DNA from: a virus
Direction: 5' to 3' (one strand)
IMG/VR virus record: IMGVR_UViG_3300026097_000015
Span: 1-64,000 of that record
DNA: 64,000 bases
The translations under genes were made by a program, and so were the position numbers. A model generated the notes under the pieces. That model made no database searches. It had not been told where the DNA came from and worked only from the letters and a program-made list of their open reading frames with translations. Below are positions 21,047 to 30,935 of this stretch, one piece after another. The first letter of the stretch is position 1. The number at the start of each line of letters is the position of its first letter.

Positions 21047-21546
21047 TGGCTGACTCAGTTATCCGCAAGGCTATTTACAGGCAGGACGCTCTGCCAGAAA
21101 TTAACGTAGACTTGGAGGGATATCTTATTAGATATCGAATTATATCGGAAGATAGAAACAGAACCTCTCACTGGTCCCCATTGTTTCTGGTCAAGCCTAA
21201 TTACAATTATGTCTCAGGCCTTACCTCAATAGGCAAGTCTGCAGATCACGTGAATGTCATCTGGGATCCAGTGCAAATTTACAAGGATAATAACCTAATT
21301 CGTAATGCAACGGAGTACGACATTTGGCTAAGGTGGGATAAAGAAGACGGTGGCGACTGGATATATTCCGAGAGGGTGGAAGGCACATCATCTATTTTTA
21401 TTATACCCAACACATATTTTATAAATGGTGTAGACCAGGGGGCCAAGCCAAATTCTTTAACAGTAGAAATATTTTTAAAAGGTACTCCAATTACAAGAGA
21501 TAAAGATTTATTAAAAGTGTATACTATTGGACCTGAGACAGTTTAA
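21046..21546 (+). CDS. Minor tail protein (Fn3/Ig-like)
   Basis: YRIISEDRNRTSHWS and V.W...Y.I pattern; coupled to the upstream gene. Confidence 0.55.
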   Translation: MADSVIRKAIYRQDALPEINVDLEGYLIRYRIISEDRNRTSHWSPLFLVKPNYNYVSGLTSIGKSADHVNVIWDPVQIYKDNNLIRNATEYDIWLRWDKEDGGDWIYSERVEGTSSIFIIPNTYFINGVDQGAKPNSLTVEIFLKGTPITRDKDLLKVYTIGPETV

Positions 21547-21565
21547 GTGATATAATAGGAGAGTT

Positions 21566-22009
21566 ATGGCAAAATTACCACTACCCGAAAGAGGACAGCC
21601 CTTAGACCTGTCCTATATTTATCAGATGGCATCTGTGATCAACGAGCTATCTTCCCAAATATCTCCATCGAACTACAAGTATGTAACGCTAGACACCCCA
21701 TCATCTGGTAAGCAAAGCGTAAAGGCCTCAGAGGCAAGGATAATTGGCGGATATGTCTCAGTAGCCGCAAACAGCACCGTTAACGCAGGTAACGAAAGGG
21801 CATTCTCTTACGACTTTCCATCAGATTTTAAATACGCCCCTATAGCTACAGCCACCCCAATTAATATTGGAAACACTCAAGCTGGAAAAGACGTATCCGT
21901 TGTTCTTAAAAGCGTCACAACCTCAAGGGTAGAAGGTGTTGTTAAATTTAACACTAGTGGTGACGTTTCTATTGCCCTTAACTTAATGATAATAGGTATC
22001 CCAAACTAG
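21566..22009 (+). CDS. Putative tail tip / fibre-associated protein
   Basis: C-terminal F..DFKYAPIATATP...IIG gp53/H-type-lectin-like fold pattern; own TGATATAAT and GGAG RBS. Confidence 0.55.
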   Translation: MAKLPLPERGQPLDLSYIYQMASVINELSSQISPSNYKYVTLDTPSSGKQSVKASEARIIGGYVSVAANSTVNAGNERAFSYDFPSDFKYAPIATATPINIGNTQAGKDVSVVLKSVTTSRVEGVVKFNTSGDVSIALNLMIIGIPN

Positions 22010-22017
22010 GAGATTCC

Positions 22018-22560
22018 TTGACCAAGAAAAACGGTTATCGAACTAGAGAAGAGTACAACAACTCTCCGATAATACCTGGCAACAAAAAGGTATGGTTTTT
22101 AAATGGAGATCTGGTCAGGGTGCATCATTTAAACAGATCAAACGGAATTATGTCAGTCTACAATATTATAAAAGATCAAATTGAAAGTTGTTTAATATCT
22201 GATTTTAAAAATAATAGACAAAGAGCATACACTGTAGGAGAGACAGCAGATCTCGTAAATAGGCACAAGAAATATATGCCAAGCTTAATGTTGCGTGGTG
22301 TAATCCCTGAGCCAACGGGAAGCCAAAAAGGTGGTGAGCGAGGCTGGCAAGTCAGAAGTTACTATTCAGAGTCACAGGTTAAAGAGATTCGTGATATACT
22401 TGCAACCTATCATATGGGAAGACCTAGAAAAGACAAGCTCATTACAAATGATATAACTCCTACGACACAAGAGTTGCAAAGACGGATGGGTGATGGTATA
22501 CTGACATATACGAGAACAGAAGACGGCAGGTATATACCTGTGTGGAGTGAAAGCATTTAG
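22018..22560 (+). CDS. MerR-like HTH DNA-binding protein
   Basis: YTVGETADLVNRH...GVIPEP...RSYYSESQV pattern. Confidence 0.6.
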   Translation: MTKKNGYRTREEYNNSPIIPGNKKVWFLNGDLVRVHHLNRSNGIMSVYNIIKDQIESCLISDFKNNRQRAYTVGETADLVNRHKKYMPSLMLRGVIPEPTGSQKGGERGWQVRSYYSESQVKEIRDILATYHMGRPRKDKLITNDITPTTQELQRRMGDGILTYTRTEDGRYIPVWSESI

Positions 22561-22580
22561 CTTTCAAAGAAGGGTATGAG

Positions 22581-22787
22581 ATGAAAAATTCAGAGACAAA
22601 AGTCAGTGTGACCCTCGGGTATACACTAAACCTTGGCAACTTTCAGTCACTACGTGTTGACCTAGGGGTTGAAGACGACAAAAGAGAAGATGAAAAGGTT
22701 GAAGAGGCCTTTGAGCGTGTCTATGCTTTTGTAGAGACAAAGCTCGCTGAAAAAGTCAAAGAAGCATCTGCTGAGATTGATTCCTAA
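22581..22787 (+). CDS. Conserved phage hypothetical protein
   Basis: GYTLNLGNFQSLRVDLG motif, common in phage replication modules. Confidence 0.7.
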   Translation: MKNSETKVSVTLGYTLNLGNFQSLRVDLGVEDDKREDEKVEEAFERVYAFVETKLAEKVKEASAEIDS

Positions 22788-23095
22788 TGGCAGAACGCAA
22801 AGACCGAATGGCTTTGCTTAGTAGATACTCAAAACTGCATACTTTGCACTACGAGGAAAAGCCAAGACTTAATTTAAATGTGGAGCAGTGGGCTGCTGAT
22901 GCTCTGATAGAATCCTACGGAATGTCTCACTGCTATGATATGATGCAGCACTACTTTGATGCAGCAAGGTCCCCCTCATGGAAGTATTTTGCAAACTATG
23001 CACATGAAGTAGACAATTCTATTAGAAGAGAAAAACAAGATCAAGAAGAGAGGGCTGCTCGTCGGGAGATGGCAGCAAGGTGGTTAAATGAGTGA
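22787..23095 (+). CDS. Hypothetical protein upstream of the helicase
   Basis: Translationally coupled on both sides. Confidence 0.7.
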   Translation: MAERKDRMALLSRYSKLHTLHYEEKPRLNLNVEQWAADALIESYGMSHCYDMMQHYFDAARSPSWKYFANYAHEVDNSIRREKQDQEERAARREMAARWLNE

Positions 23096-24308
23096 TGTAG
23101 AGGCAAAGGTCATATCTGCGGTTTTAGAAGACAAACAAATACATGTATTGTTACAGGCAAACGTTGAAAGCTTGTTGCACACCCACGCAGACGTCTGGCA
23201 GTTTATTAGAAACTACTCGGAGCAGAATGCTGCATTGCCTCCAAAAGATTTAGTAATAGAAAACTTTAGAGACTTTCACATGGTAGATGGGGTCGGTGCC
23301 ACTAAGCATCACCTACAAGAGCTTCAAAGTCAGTACTTAAACAACAGCCTTAAAGAAATTATTACAAATGCAGCTTCGGATATCCAGGGCGGTAAAGGTG
23401 CAGGAGCGTTGGAGTTTTTAATCAACAAAACTTCAGAGCTAAAGAAGAACACATCCGTAATTAAAGATATTGATGTTACAGATATACACTCTGCAGTTGC
23501 ATACTACGAAAAGCTCAAAGAGGATCAGGCCTTAGGGTCTGTTGGCATTAAGACGGGGCTTCCAGGTTTTGATAACTATCTACCATCAGGCATTACAAAA
23601 GGACAGCTCGGAGTATTTCTTGCTTACCCTGGTATTGGAAAGTCATGGCTGTCATTATATTTTGCCGTACAGGCCTGGAAGCAGGGAAAGACTCCCATGG
23701 TCGTAAGTCTTGAGATGTCGGAAACAGAAGTTCGTAATCGTGCCTTTACAATTATGGGAGAAGGATTGTGGTCACATCGTAAGCTAAGTGCAGGTGCCGT
23801 CGAAATTGATGATTTAAAACGCTGGCACTCCAAAAATGTAGATGGCAAACCAGAGTTTCATATTATATCTAATGATTCAGGGGGAGAGATTACCCCATCT
23901 GTTTTGCGTGGAAAGATTGATCAGTATAAGCCTGATTTTGTTATTGTGGATTATTTACAGCTAATGTCTCCAAATCAAAAGTCAGAAAACGAAACTGTCA
24001 GAATGAAAAATCTTTCACGTGAGTTAAAGCTTATGGCTATTTCAGAGGAGGTGCCAATTATGGCAATTTCTTCAGCCACACCCGATGATGTAACAAAGCT
24101 AGATACCGTTCCCACTTTGGGCCAGACTGCTTGGTCAAGACAGATTGCTTATGACGCTGACTGGGTTATGGCACTAGGTAGAGGTCCAAACTCCGATGTT
24201 ATTGAATGCGTATTCCGTAAGAATCGTAATGGGTTTATGGGGGAATTTATGATACAAGTAGACTTTGACAAAGGATATTACAGATATAAGGATCTTGAAG
24301 ATAATTAG
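23088..24308 (+). CDS. dnaB: DnaB-like replicative helicase
   Basis: Walker A AYPGIGKS, SLEMS, VIVDYLQLM, SRELKLMA, DADWV and KNRNG motifs. Confidence 0.93.
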   Translation: MSDVEAKVISAVLEDKQIHVLLQANVESLLHTHADVWQFIRNYSEQNAALPPKDLVIENFRDFHMVDGVGATKHHLQELQSQYLNNSLKEIITNAASDIQGGKGAGALEFLINKTSELKKNTSVIKDIDVTDIHSAVAYYEKLKEDQALGSVGIKTGLPGFDNYLPSGITKGQLGVFLAYPGIGKSWLSLYFAVQAWKQGKTPMVVSLEMSETEVRNRAFTIMGEGLWSHRKLSAGAVEIDDLKRWHSKNVDGKPEFHIISNDSGGEITPSVLRGKIDQYKPDFVIVDYLQLMSPNQKSENETVRMKNLSRELKLMAISEEVPIMAISSATPDDVTKLDTVPTLGQTAWSRQIAYDADWVMALGRGPNSDVIECVFRKNRNGFMGEFMIQVDFDKGYYRYKDLEDN

Positions 24309-24323
24309 TTGTATAATAGTATC

Positions 24324-24650
24324 ATGTCTAGTTTGCATCACAAGCCCATAAAAAGGTTTGGCTTTCAGGGAAAGATATATGATGATTCTGCCATAGCGAG
24401 ACTGCGGCAAGAATACAGGAGAATAGTTCTCCTAGAAATGACTTTGTCTGGATATGTTCCAAGACTTGACATAGCAGAAGACTTTACATTAGAATATGAT
24501 TACGAAACACAATACTTTAACTTTAAATTATCGATACATGGAATATACGTAGGAAAGAAGCAGAGCGAATGGATAACAGGGGTAGACGGAGCAGTTCCAA
24601 TATATACTCAGAAGAGCAAATTAAAAGAGTACTCGCAGGATCGGGCATAA
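24324..24650 (+). CDS. Hypothetical protein (probable leaderless ATG start at 24324)
   Basis: TATAAT at 24312 lies 6 nt before the ATG; 3' end overlaps the primase ORF. Confidence 0.6.
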   Translation: MSSLHHKPIKRFGFQGKIYDDSAIARLRQEYRRIVLLEMTLSGYVPRLDIAEDFTLEYDYETQYFNFKLSIHGIYVGKKQSEWITGVDGAVPIYTQKSKLKEYSQDRA

Positions 24651-25513
24651 ACGTTGAAACTGACCTGGACTCAGACTTCTTAATCTTTTGTCCGTTTCAT
24701 CCAAATAACAGAACTCCTGCTGGAGAAATAAATAAAGAGACAGGCACATTCTTCTGCTTCTCTTGTCATTATGTATCAGATCTCCTTGGCGTCGTTATGG
24801 AAACAACTGGCAGGACTTACTTTGAGTCTGCCAGGTTCATAAAAAGTAAAGAGTCTGAGGTAGACCTGTCTAAAATTGTTTCTAAAAAGTTAGAGGTCAA
24901 ACAAGAGTACAAGCCTTTTGACGAAGCGCTTATTATAAATTTAAATCAACAAGCATTGAACTCCGATAGAGCCAAGAGCTACTATGATGGTAGGCTAATT
25001 ACGGAAAGCTCCATAAAAAAGTTTTATCTAGGCTATTCTGAAAAACAGGACATGGTAACTATTCCAGTATCAGCTCCAGACGGAATGCCTGTGGGGTTTG
25101 TGGGTAGATCAGTAGAGGGTAAAGTTTTTAAAAATACTCCTGGGCTACCCAAAAGCAAAGTATTATTCAACTTACACAGAGTTAAAGCTTCTGATGTTGT
25201 GTATGTAGTAGAGTCCTCATTTGATGCTATCAGGCTGGACCAGGTTGGTCTGCCAGCGGTAGCGACTCTCGGAGCAAATGTATCAAAAACACAGATAGAG
25301 TTACTAAAAAGATTCTTCAATAACATTATCGTTATTGCAGATAACGATGATGCAGGGGGAAATATGAAAGACAAGATTCTAGACAATCTTGGCGGACGTA
25401 CTTCTGTTTTGCATCTAGATAAACAATATAAAGATATTGGCGATATGTCAGACGAAGGAATAAAAAACTTAGAATATACCTTTGACAAATCAATACAAGC
25501 CATGCTAAAATAA
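24569..25513 (+). CDS. dnaG: DNA primase (Zn finger + TOPRIM)
   Basis: CPFH...CFSC zinc finger, GFVGR, VVESSFDAI and IADNDDAG TOPRIM motifs. Confidence 0.92.
   Translation: MDNRGRRSSSNIYSEEQIKRVLAGSGINVETDLDSDFLIFCPFHPNNRTPAGEINKETGTFFCFSCHYVSDLLGVVMETTGRTYFESARFIKSKESEVDLSKIVSKKLEVKQEYKPFDEALIINLNQQALNSDRAKSYYDGRLITESSIKKFYLGYSEKQDMVTIPVSAPDGMPVGFVGRSVEGKVFKNTPGLPKSKVLFNLHRVKASDVVYVVESSFDAIRLDQVGLPAVATLGANVSKTQIELLKRFFNNIIVIADNDDAGGNMKDKILDNLGGRTSVLHLDKQYKDIGDMSDEGIKNLEYTFDKSIQAMLK
25482..25511 (+). promoter_or_regulatory. Sigma70/SigA-type promoter inside the primase 3' end, facing ssb-dnaE
   Basis: TTGACA-18 nt-TAAAAT with extended TG. Confidence 0.6.
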
Positions 25514-25539
25514 AACACCTAGAATAAAGGAGAGAGACT

Positions 25540-26193
25540 ATGAGCGTTATTAAGGGACTCAAAGATATTAATGCCCTGCTCGACAAACCAAAGTATGAAA
25601 ATACTTCTAAAGTAAGATGGCTCAAGCTTGCAGATGGACAATCAATTAAGATTCGTTTTATTGAAGAGCTCGACGACGAGTCACCACACTACGATGACAG
25701 CAGAGGCCTAGCCCTTGTTGTTAAAGAACACACTAACCCAAAGGACTACCGTCGCAAGGCTGTGGACACCATGGAGACCGAAGGCCGTGACTGGGCCGAG
25801 GAAATGCACCGCAAGGATCCTAAGGCAGGCTGGAGAGCACGTCTAAGGTTTTACTGCAACGTCCTAGTTGACGATGGCATCGAAGACCCCTATGTGGCAA
25901 TTTGGTCAATTGGTGTGGGTAAGCAGTCACCATTCAACACTGTTCGTGAGTATGCTCTAGAAACAGGCAGCATTTCAAACATGACCTGGAAGCTAAAGCG
26001 AAACGGTATGGGTACAGAAACCAGCTATACCCTAATTCCAGGTGGTCCTGATGCTGAGCCGTTCGACTGGGGCAGCTACGAGCCATTTCCTCTAGAGTCA
26101 GCACTAAGCAAAGTGCCATATGCAGAGCAAGAAGCCTTTTATCTAGGCTTCGACTCACCCACCTCATCCGTCACTTCTAATATCGACTGGTAA
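25540..26193 (+). CDS. Single-stranded DNA-binding protein (phage type)
   Basis: LKLADGQSIKIRF, KRNGMGTETSYTL motifs, terminal DW; between primase and polymerase. Confidence 0.75.
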   Translation: MSVIKGLKDINALLDKPKYENTSKVRWLKLADGQSIKIRFIEELDDESPHYDDSRGLALVVKEHTNPKDYRRKAVDTMETEGRDWAEEMHRKDPKAGWRARLRFYCNVLVDDGIEDPYVAIWSIGVGKQSPFNTVREYALETGSISNMTWKLKRNGMGTETSYTLIPGGPDAEPFDWGSYEPFPLESALSKVPYAEQEAFYLGFDSPTSSVTSNIDW

Positions 26194-26201
26194 GGAAAAC
26201 T

Positions 26202-29200
26202 TTGCAATACGCTGGACTACATGTACACACGCACTTCAGTCTTTTTGACGGAATCGCTACTCCTCAAGAATACGTTGATCGTGCAAGCGAGGTTGGAATG
26301 ACCTCTCTTGCAATTACTGATCACGGTTCTTTGTCGGGGCACAGGGAGTTCTATCGTGCTGCAAAGGAAAAGGGCATAAAGCCAATCCTTGGTGTGGAGG
26401 GTTATATAACCGAAGACAGGTTTGACAGGAGAGATTCATCAGAAAGAACCACTCCCCTTGACCTTGTTTACAACCATATAATCCTCCTCGCCAAGAACAG
26501 GGTTGGCCTAGATAACTTAAACAAGCTTAATGAAATAGCTTGGACAGAAGGATTCTTTAAAAAGCCAAGAATGGACAAAGAAGTTCTGGCAAAGTATAAA
26601 GAGGGTCTAATCATTCTTTCAGGATGCCTGAGTGGCTCTGTAGCTAAGGCTGTAGAGCAAGGAGAGCTAGCAGCGGCTAAAGAAGAAATAAAATGGTATA
26701 AAGGTGTTTTTGGAAAAGACTATTACATTGAAGTAATGCCACACAACCCTGCAGAAATTAATCAACAACTGCTAGAGCTTGCTGATGAGTTTGAGGTTCA
26801 GGCTGTTGCTACACCAGACTGTCACCACGCACACACGGGGCAGAAAGAAATTCAAGAACTTAAGCTTATCCTTAATACCTATAGCAATAAGATCAAGAAA
26901 GATTCTACTTACGCAAAGTCAACAAAGTATGAAAACCTCAAAGACAGACTAAACTATCTATACGGTGAGCGTGATATTACTTTTGACAATTTTGACATAC
27001 ACCTGTTATCTCCAGAAGAGATGCAGGCTGGCATGGTCAAGCAGGGTATTGAGAGAGAAGACATTTACCAAAACTCTCTAAAGATTGCAGAAGGCGTAGA
27101 AGACTACAAAATTGTAGACAATATGAACCTTCTGCCAGCTCAATATCAGCAACCAGATAAAGAGGTCAGAGAACTAGCCCTAGAGGGCCTAGAAAAGCTA
27201 GGGTTGGAAAATAATCAAGACTATCTCGATAGGCTTGACGAAGAACTAGAGGTTATCTCTGACAAGAAATTTAGCCCATACTTCTTGGTTGTTCGTAATA
27301 TGATTAATTGGGCAAAGAAAAATGACATCAAGGTAGGGCCAGGTCGTGGGTCATCGGCAGGATCTTTGCTCTGCTATTCATTGGGCATAACAGACATAGA
27401 CCCAATTAAGCATGGATTACTTTTCTTCCGCTTCATTAATCCAGATCGTAATGACTTCCCAGATATTGATACTGACATTCAAGACACTAGGCGTGAAGAC
27501 GTAAAAGATTATTTAGTAAGGCAGTATGGGCACGTAGCCTCTATTGCAACATTCCTAGAGTTTAAGGATAAAGGTGTTATTCGTGACCTTGCTAGAGTGT
27601 TGCACATACCTCTAACAGATGTAAACAAGGTAAGCAAGTTGTTTGATACCTGGGACGAGTACTGCACGTCCAGATCAACAGCTTGGTTCAGAGAGAAGTA
27701 CCCAGAGATTGAACAGTACGGCGAGCAGCTTCGTGGTAGGATTCGTGGTACTGGTATTCACGCTGCAGGAGTTGTGACAAGCAAGGAGCCAATCTTTAGG
27801 CACGCACCCCTAGAGACAAGAACTTCTCCAGGCAGCAAAGAGCGTATCGCTGTTGTGGGGGTAGATATGCAAGAGGCAGAGCGTATTGGGCTAATTAAGA
27901 TTGACGCTCTAGGACTAAAGACTTTAAGTGTAATTGATGACACTCTTAAGATAATTAAAGATAGATCAGGTAAAGGCATAGACTTGCTTACGGTAGACAT
28001 GTCAGATGCCAATGTGTACAAGATGTTATCTGACGGATACACCAAGGGAGTTTTTCAGTGTGAGGCTACCCCTTATACTAACTTACTAGTAAAGATGGGT
28101 GTAAAAAACTTTGATGAGCTAGCGGCTTCTAACGCTCTTGTTCGTCCAGGTGCTATGAATACTATCGGAAAAGACTACATTCTTCGTAAACATGGTAAGC
28201 AAGATATTGCATACCACCACACGACCATGAAGCAGTTTACTCAAGACACTTATGGCTGTATCCTTTATCAGGAACAGGTTATGCAAGCCTGTACCGAACT
28301 AGGCGGCATGACAATGGTAGAGGCTGATAAGGTTCGTAAGATTATCGGAAAGAAAAAGGATGCAAAAGAGTTTGACGTTTTTAAAGATAAGTTTATTGCT
28401 GGTGCCTCAGAGTATCTCAGTCCTAATGTGGCTGCTGATCTATGGCATGATTTTGAAGCCCACGCAGGGTATTCGTTCAATAAGTCTCACGCTGTTGCGT
28501 ACTCTACGCTATCGTACTGGACGGCATGGCTAAAGTATTACTACCCAATTGAGTTTATGTACTCCATTCTTAAAAATGAGAAAGATAAGGATGCTCGTAC
28601 AGAGTATCTTATTGAGGCTAAGAGAATGAATATTCCCATCAGACTTCCTCACATTAACGATTCGGATGCTGACTTTAAGATTGAGGGGAAGGGCATCAGG
28701 TTCGGACTGACAGCCATTAAGTACATCTCTGACAACATTGCAGAAAAGCTTCTGGCAGGAAGACCATTTAACTCTTACGCTCAGCTACAAGAGTTTGTGT
28801 CTGCTAAGGGTTCAGGAATTAATAGCCGTTCTCTCCAAGCTCTAAAAGCTATTGGGGCTGCAACTTTTGAGGACAATCCTCGTAATGACGAAGAGATCAG
28901 AGAAAATCTGTACGACTACCTAAACCTGCCTGAGTTTAACATTCAGATACCACAGCACTATCATGCCTTTATAGATGAGGTCTCAGACTTCGAGGAAAAG
29001 GGATCGTTTGTGTTGCTGGGTATGGTCAAGGGCATCAAGCGAGGTAAGGGATGGTCTAGGGTAGAAGTTCTTGATAAGACTGGCTCTATTGGTATCTTTG
29101 ACGAAGAGCAGACTACGATTGAGTCGGGAAAGACCTACCTAATGCTGGCAAGCGATAACAGGATCGTAAAAGCTATTCCAGCGGATACAATGACAAGCTC

Positions 29201-29480
29201 TGATGATGCACTAATTAAAATATTGAATTATCGCATGCTTCCCTATGGCGAAGATGAGATGTTTGTGGTATCCTTTAAACCCAGAATGACGAAGGCGGGT
29301 AAGAAGATGGCGTCAATGACGCTTGCTGATGCTACAAGAGCATTGCATCCAATTACGGTATTCCCAACAAGCTTTGCGAAAGCTTATATGAAAATTCAAG
29401 AGGGAAGCGTTTATAAGTTTTCCCTAGGCAAGACAAAAGACGGCACAGTAATAATGGAGGATGTATTTGATGTCAACTAG
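26202..29480 (+). CDS. dnaE: DNA polymerase III alpha subunit (family C)
   Basis: PHP domain HVHTHFS/TDHG, GPGRGSSAGS, PDIDTD, HAAG and YSFNKSHA motifs. Confidence 0.96.
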   Translation: MQYAGLHVHTHFSLFDGIATPQEYVDRASEVGMTSLAITDHGSLSGHREFYRAAKEKGIKPILGVEGYITEDRFDRRDSSERTTPLDLVYNHIILLAKNRVGLDNLNKLNEIAWTEGFFKKPRMDKEVLAKYKEGLIILSGCLSGSVAKAVEQGELAAAKEEIKWYKGVFGKDYYIEVMPHNPAEINQQLLELADEFEVQAVATPDCHHAHTGQKEIQELKLILNTYSNKIKKDSTYAKSTKYENLKDRLNYLYGERDITFDNFDIHLLSPEEMQAGMVKQGIEREDIYQNSLKIAEGVEDYKIVDNMNLLPAQYQQPDKEVRELALEGLEKLGLENNQDYLDRLDEELEVISDKKFSPYFLVVRNMINWAKKNDIKVGPGRGSSAGSLLCYSLGITDIDPIKHGLLFFRFINPDRNDFPDIDTDIQDTRREDVKDYLVRQYGHVASIATFLEFKDKGVIRDLARVLHIPLTDVNKVSKLFDTWDEYCTSRSTAWFREKYPEIEQYGEQLRGRIRGTGIHAAGVVTSKEPIFRHAPLETRTSPGSKERIAVVGVDMQEAERIGLIKIDALGLKTLSVIDDTLKIIKDRSGKGIDLLTVDMSDANVYKMLSDGYTKGVFQCEATPYTNLLVKMGVKNFDELAASNALVRPGAMNTIGKDYILRKHGKQDIAYHHTTMKQFTQDTYGCILYQEQVMQACTELGGMTMVEADKVRKIIGKKKDAKEFDVFKDKFIAGASEYLSPNVAADLWHDFEAHAGYSFNKSHAVAYSTLSYWTAWLKYYYPIEFMYSILKNEKDKDARTEYLIEAKRMNIPIRLPHINDSDADFKIEGKGIRFGLTAIKYISDNIAEKLLAGRPFNSYAQLQEFVSAKGSGINSRSLQALKAIGAATFEDNPRNDEEIRENLYDYLNLPEFNIQIPQHYHAFIDEVSDFEEKGSFVLLGMVKGIKRGKGWSRVEVLDKTGSIGIFDEEQTTIESGKTYLMLASDNRIVKAIPADTMTSSDDALIKILNYRMLPYGEDEMFVVSFKPRMTKAGKKMASMTLADATRALHPITVFPTSFAKAYMKIQEGSVYKFSLGKTKDGTVIMEDVFDVN

Positions 29481-30486
29481 TATAGAAGAAGCAATGTCAC
29501 AGCTTGATCCTAAACTTAGGAAGCGTGTACAAAATGGAGTGGGCATTGAAACCGAGTTTCAGCCTACACCTAGCCCTGGCTTAAACAAGGCTTTGGGAGG
29601 AGGATTGCCCTACGGTAGGCAAATTCTTTTATGGGGCAGTAAGTCTAGTGCGAAGTCATCTATGTGTCTTCAAATGGTTGGCGAAGCACAAAAGAACGGC
29701 AAGCTATGTGCGTGGATTGATGCAGAGATGTCTTATGATGAGTCGTGGGCCAAGAGGCTAGGGGTAGATACAGAAAACTTAATCTATTCTGAGGCTAGGA
29801 GCATTAACGATATGACAGACGTGGCAGTAGGCCTGTTGAACGCAGGTGTCGATATGATTATTATAGATAGTATTAGCTCTTTACTCCCAGCTGTATATTT
29901 TGAAAAAGACTCTTCTGAGCTTAAACAGCTTGATCAGACTAAGCAAATAGGGTCAGAGTCAAAAGATTTAAAACATGCCTGGCTAATGATTAACTATGCA
30001 AACAATAGAGATAAGCCAGCACTCGTTGTTGCAATTTCTCAATCAAGAAATAACATTAATGCCATGTACACTAGCCAGCAGCCAACAGGAGGCTTGACAA
30101 CTCAGTATATGTCATCTACAATTATTAAGTTGTTCTCATCCACATCTGATTCTCAAGCGATCAAGGCAAAGGTGAAGATGGGGGACAAGCTAATTGAGCA
30201 AAAGGTTGGACGAAAAGTTCGCTGGGAAGTGACTAACTCAAAGACTTCTGCTCCTGGGGATAGTGGTGAGTATGATTTTTACTTTAAGGGAGACCTTATT
30301 GGAATTGACGTTATTGCAGACTTGGTGGATACCGCAGAGATGAATGGCCTTGTAGAGCGTACGGGCGCCTGGTATTTATTAGAGGACGGTTCTAAGATTC
30401 AGGGTAGAACTGCCTTTATCGAAAAGGTAAAGGAAGATGAAGAGCTACGCAACAAGATTATAGAAGGACTCAATGGCACGCTATAA
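29470..30486 (+). CDS. recA: RecA-like recombinase
   Basis: LGGGLPYGR, P-loop GSKSSAKSS, WIDAE, IIDSIS and GAWY motifs; start set at ATG 29470 after GGAGG. Confidence 0.9.
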   Translation: MSTSIEEAMSQLDPKLRKRVQNGVGIETEFQPTPSPGLNKALGGGLPYGRQILLWGSKSSAKSSMCLQMVGEAQKNGKLCAWIDAEMSYDESWAKRLGVDTENLIYSEARSINDMTDVAVGLLNAGVDMIIIDSISSLLPAVYFEKDSSELKQLDQTKQIGSESKDLKHAWLMINYANNRDKPALVVAISQSRNNINAMYTSQQPTGGLTTQYMSSTIIKLFSSTSDSQAIKAKVKMGDKLIEQKVGRKVRWEVTNSKTSAPGDSGEYDFYFKGDLIGIDVIADLVDTAEMNGLVERTGAWYLLEDGSKIQGRTAFIEKVKEDEELRNKIIEGLNGTL

Positions 30487-30655
30487 TCTGTACTCTGGTA
30501 AATTTATTTGTCAGTCTTGCAACAAAGAGACTCAGACTGCAAGGTTTTACTCAGAGACCAAGGTTCTTACATGGATGTGTAAGGATGGTCATCTTTCAGA
30601 AGTTGACTTATCAACTAATAAAAAGAAAAAGAAAGATTATGAGCGAGAGAAGTGA
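30473..30655 (+). CDS. Small zinc-ribbon protein
   Basis: CQSC...C.DGH; GAGGA-like RBS. Confidence 0.6.
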   Translation: MARYNLYSGKFICQSCNKETQTARFYSETKVLTWMCKDGHLSEVDLSTNKKKKKDYEREK

Positions 30656-30935
30656 AAGCAAAAGAATCAATGCTAAGCAACACAAGAACTCAGGAAGAAA
30701 TACAAAAAAGGGAGACGCAACTTGGCACAACTTCGTAGTAGATTTTAAAGAGTATCCTAAAGGCATCACAGTCAATCAAGACGTGTGGGCAAAGGCAGTA
30801 ACGGATGCGATGAAGTCAAACGCAGATCCAGCATTAATCTTAATTCTGGGAGAAGGAAACAAGAAAACAAGGCTAGCGGTGCTAGAGCTTAGCTTGCTAG
30901 AACAAATGATAGAAGAATTAGAGGAAAACAAATGA
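30639..30935 (+). CDS. PD-(D/E)XK Holliday-junction-resolvase-like nuclease
   Basis: NSGR...KGD....VVDFKE motif; ATG 30639 preferred over 30585. Confidence 0.65.
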   Translation: MSERSESKRINAKQHKNSGRNTKKGDATWHNFVVDFKEYPKGITVNQDVWAKAVTDAMKSNADPALILILGEGNKKTRLAVLELSLLEQMIEELEENK

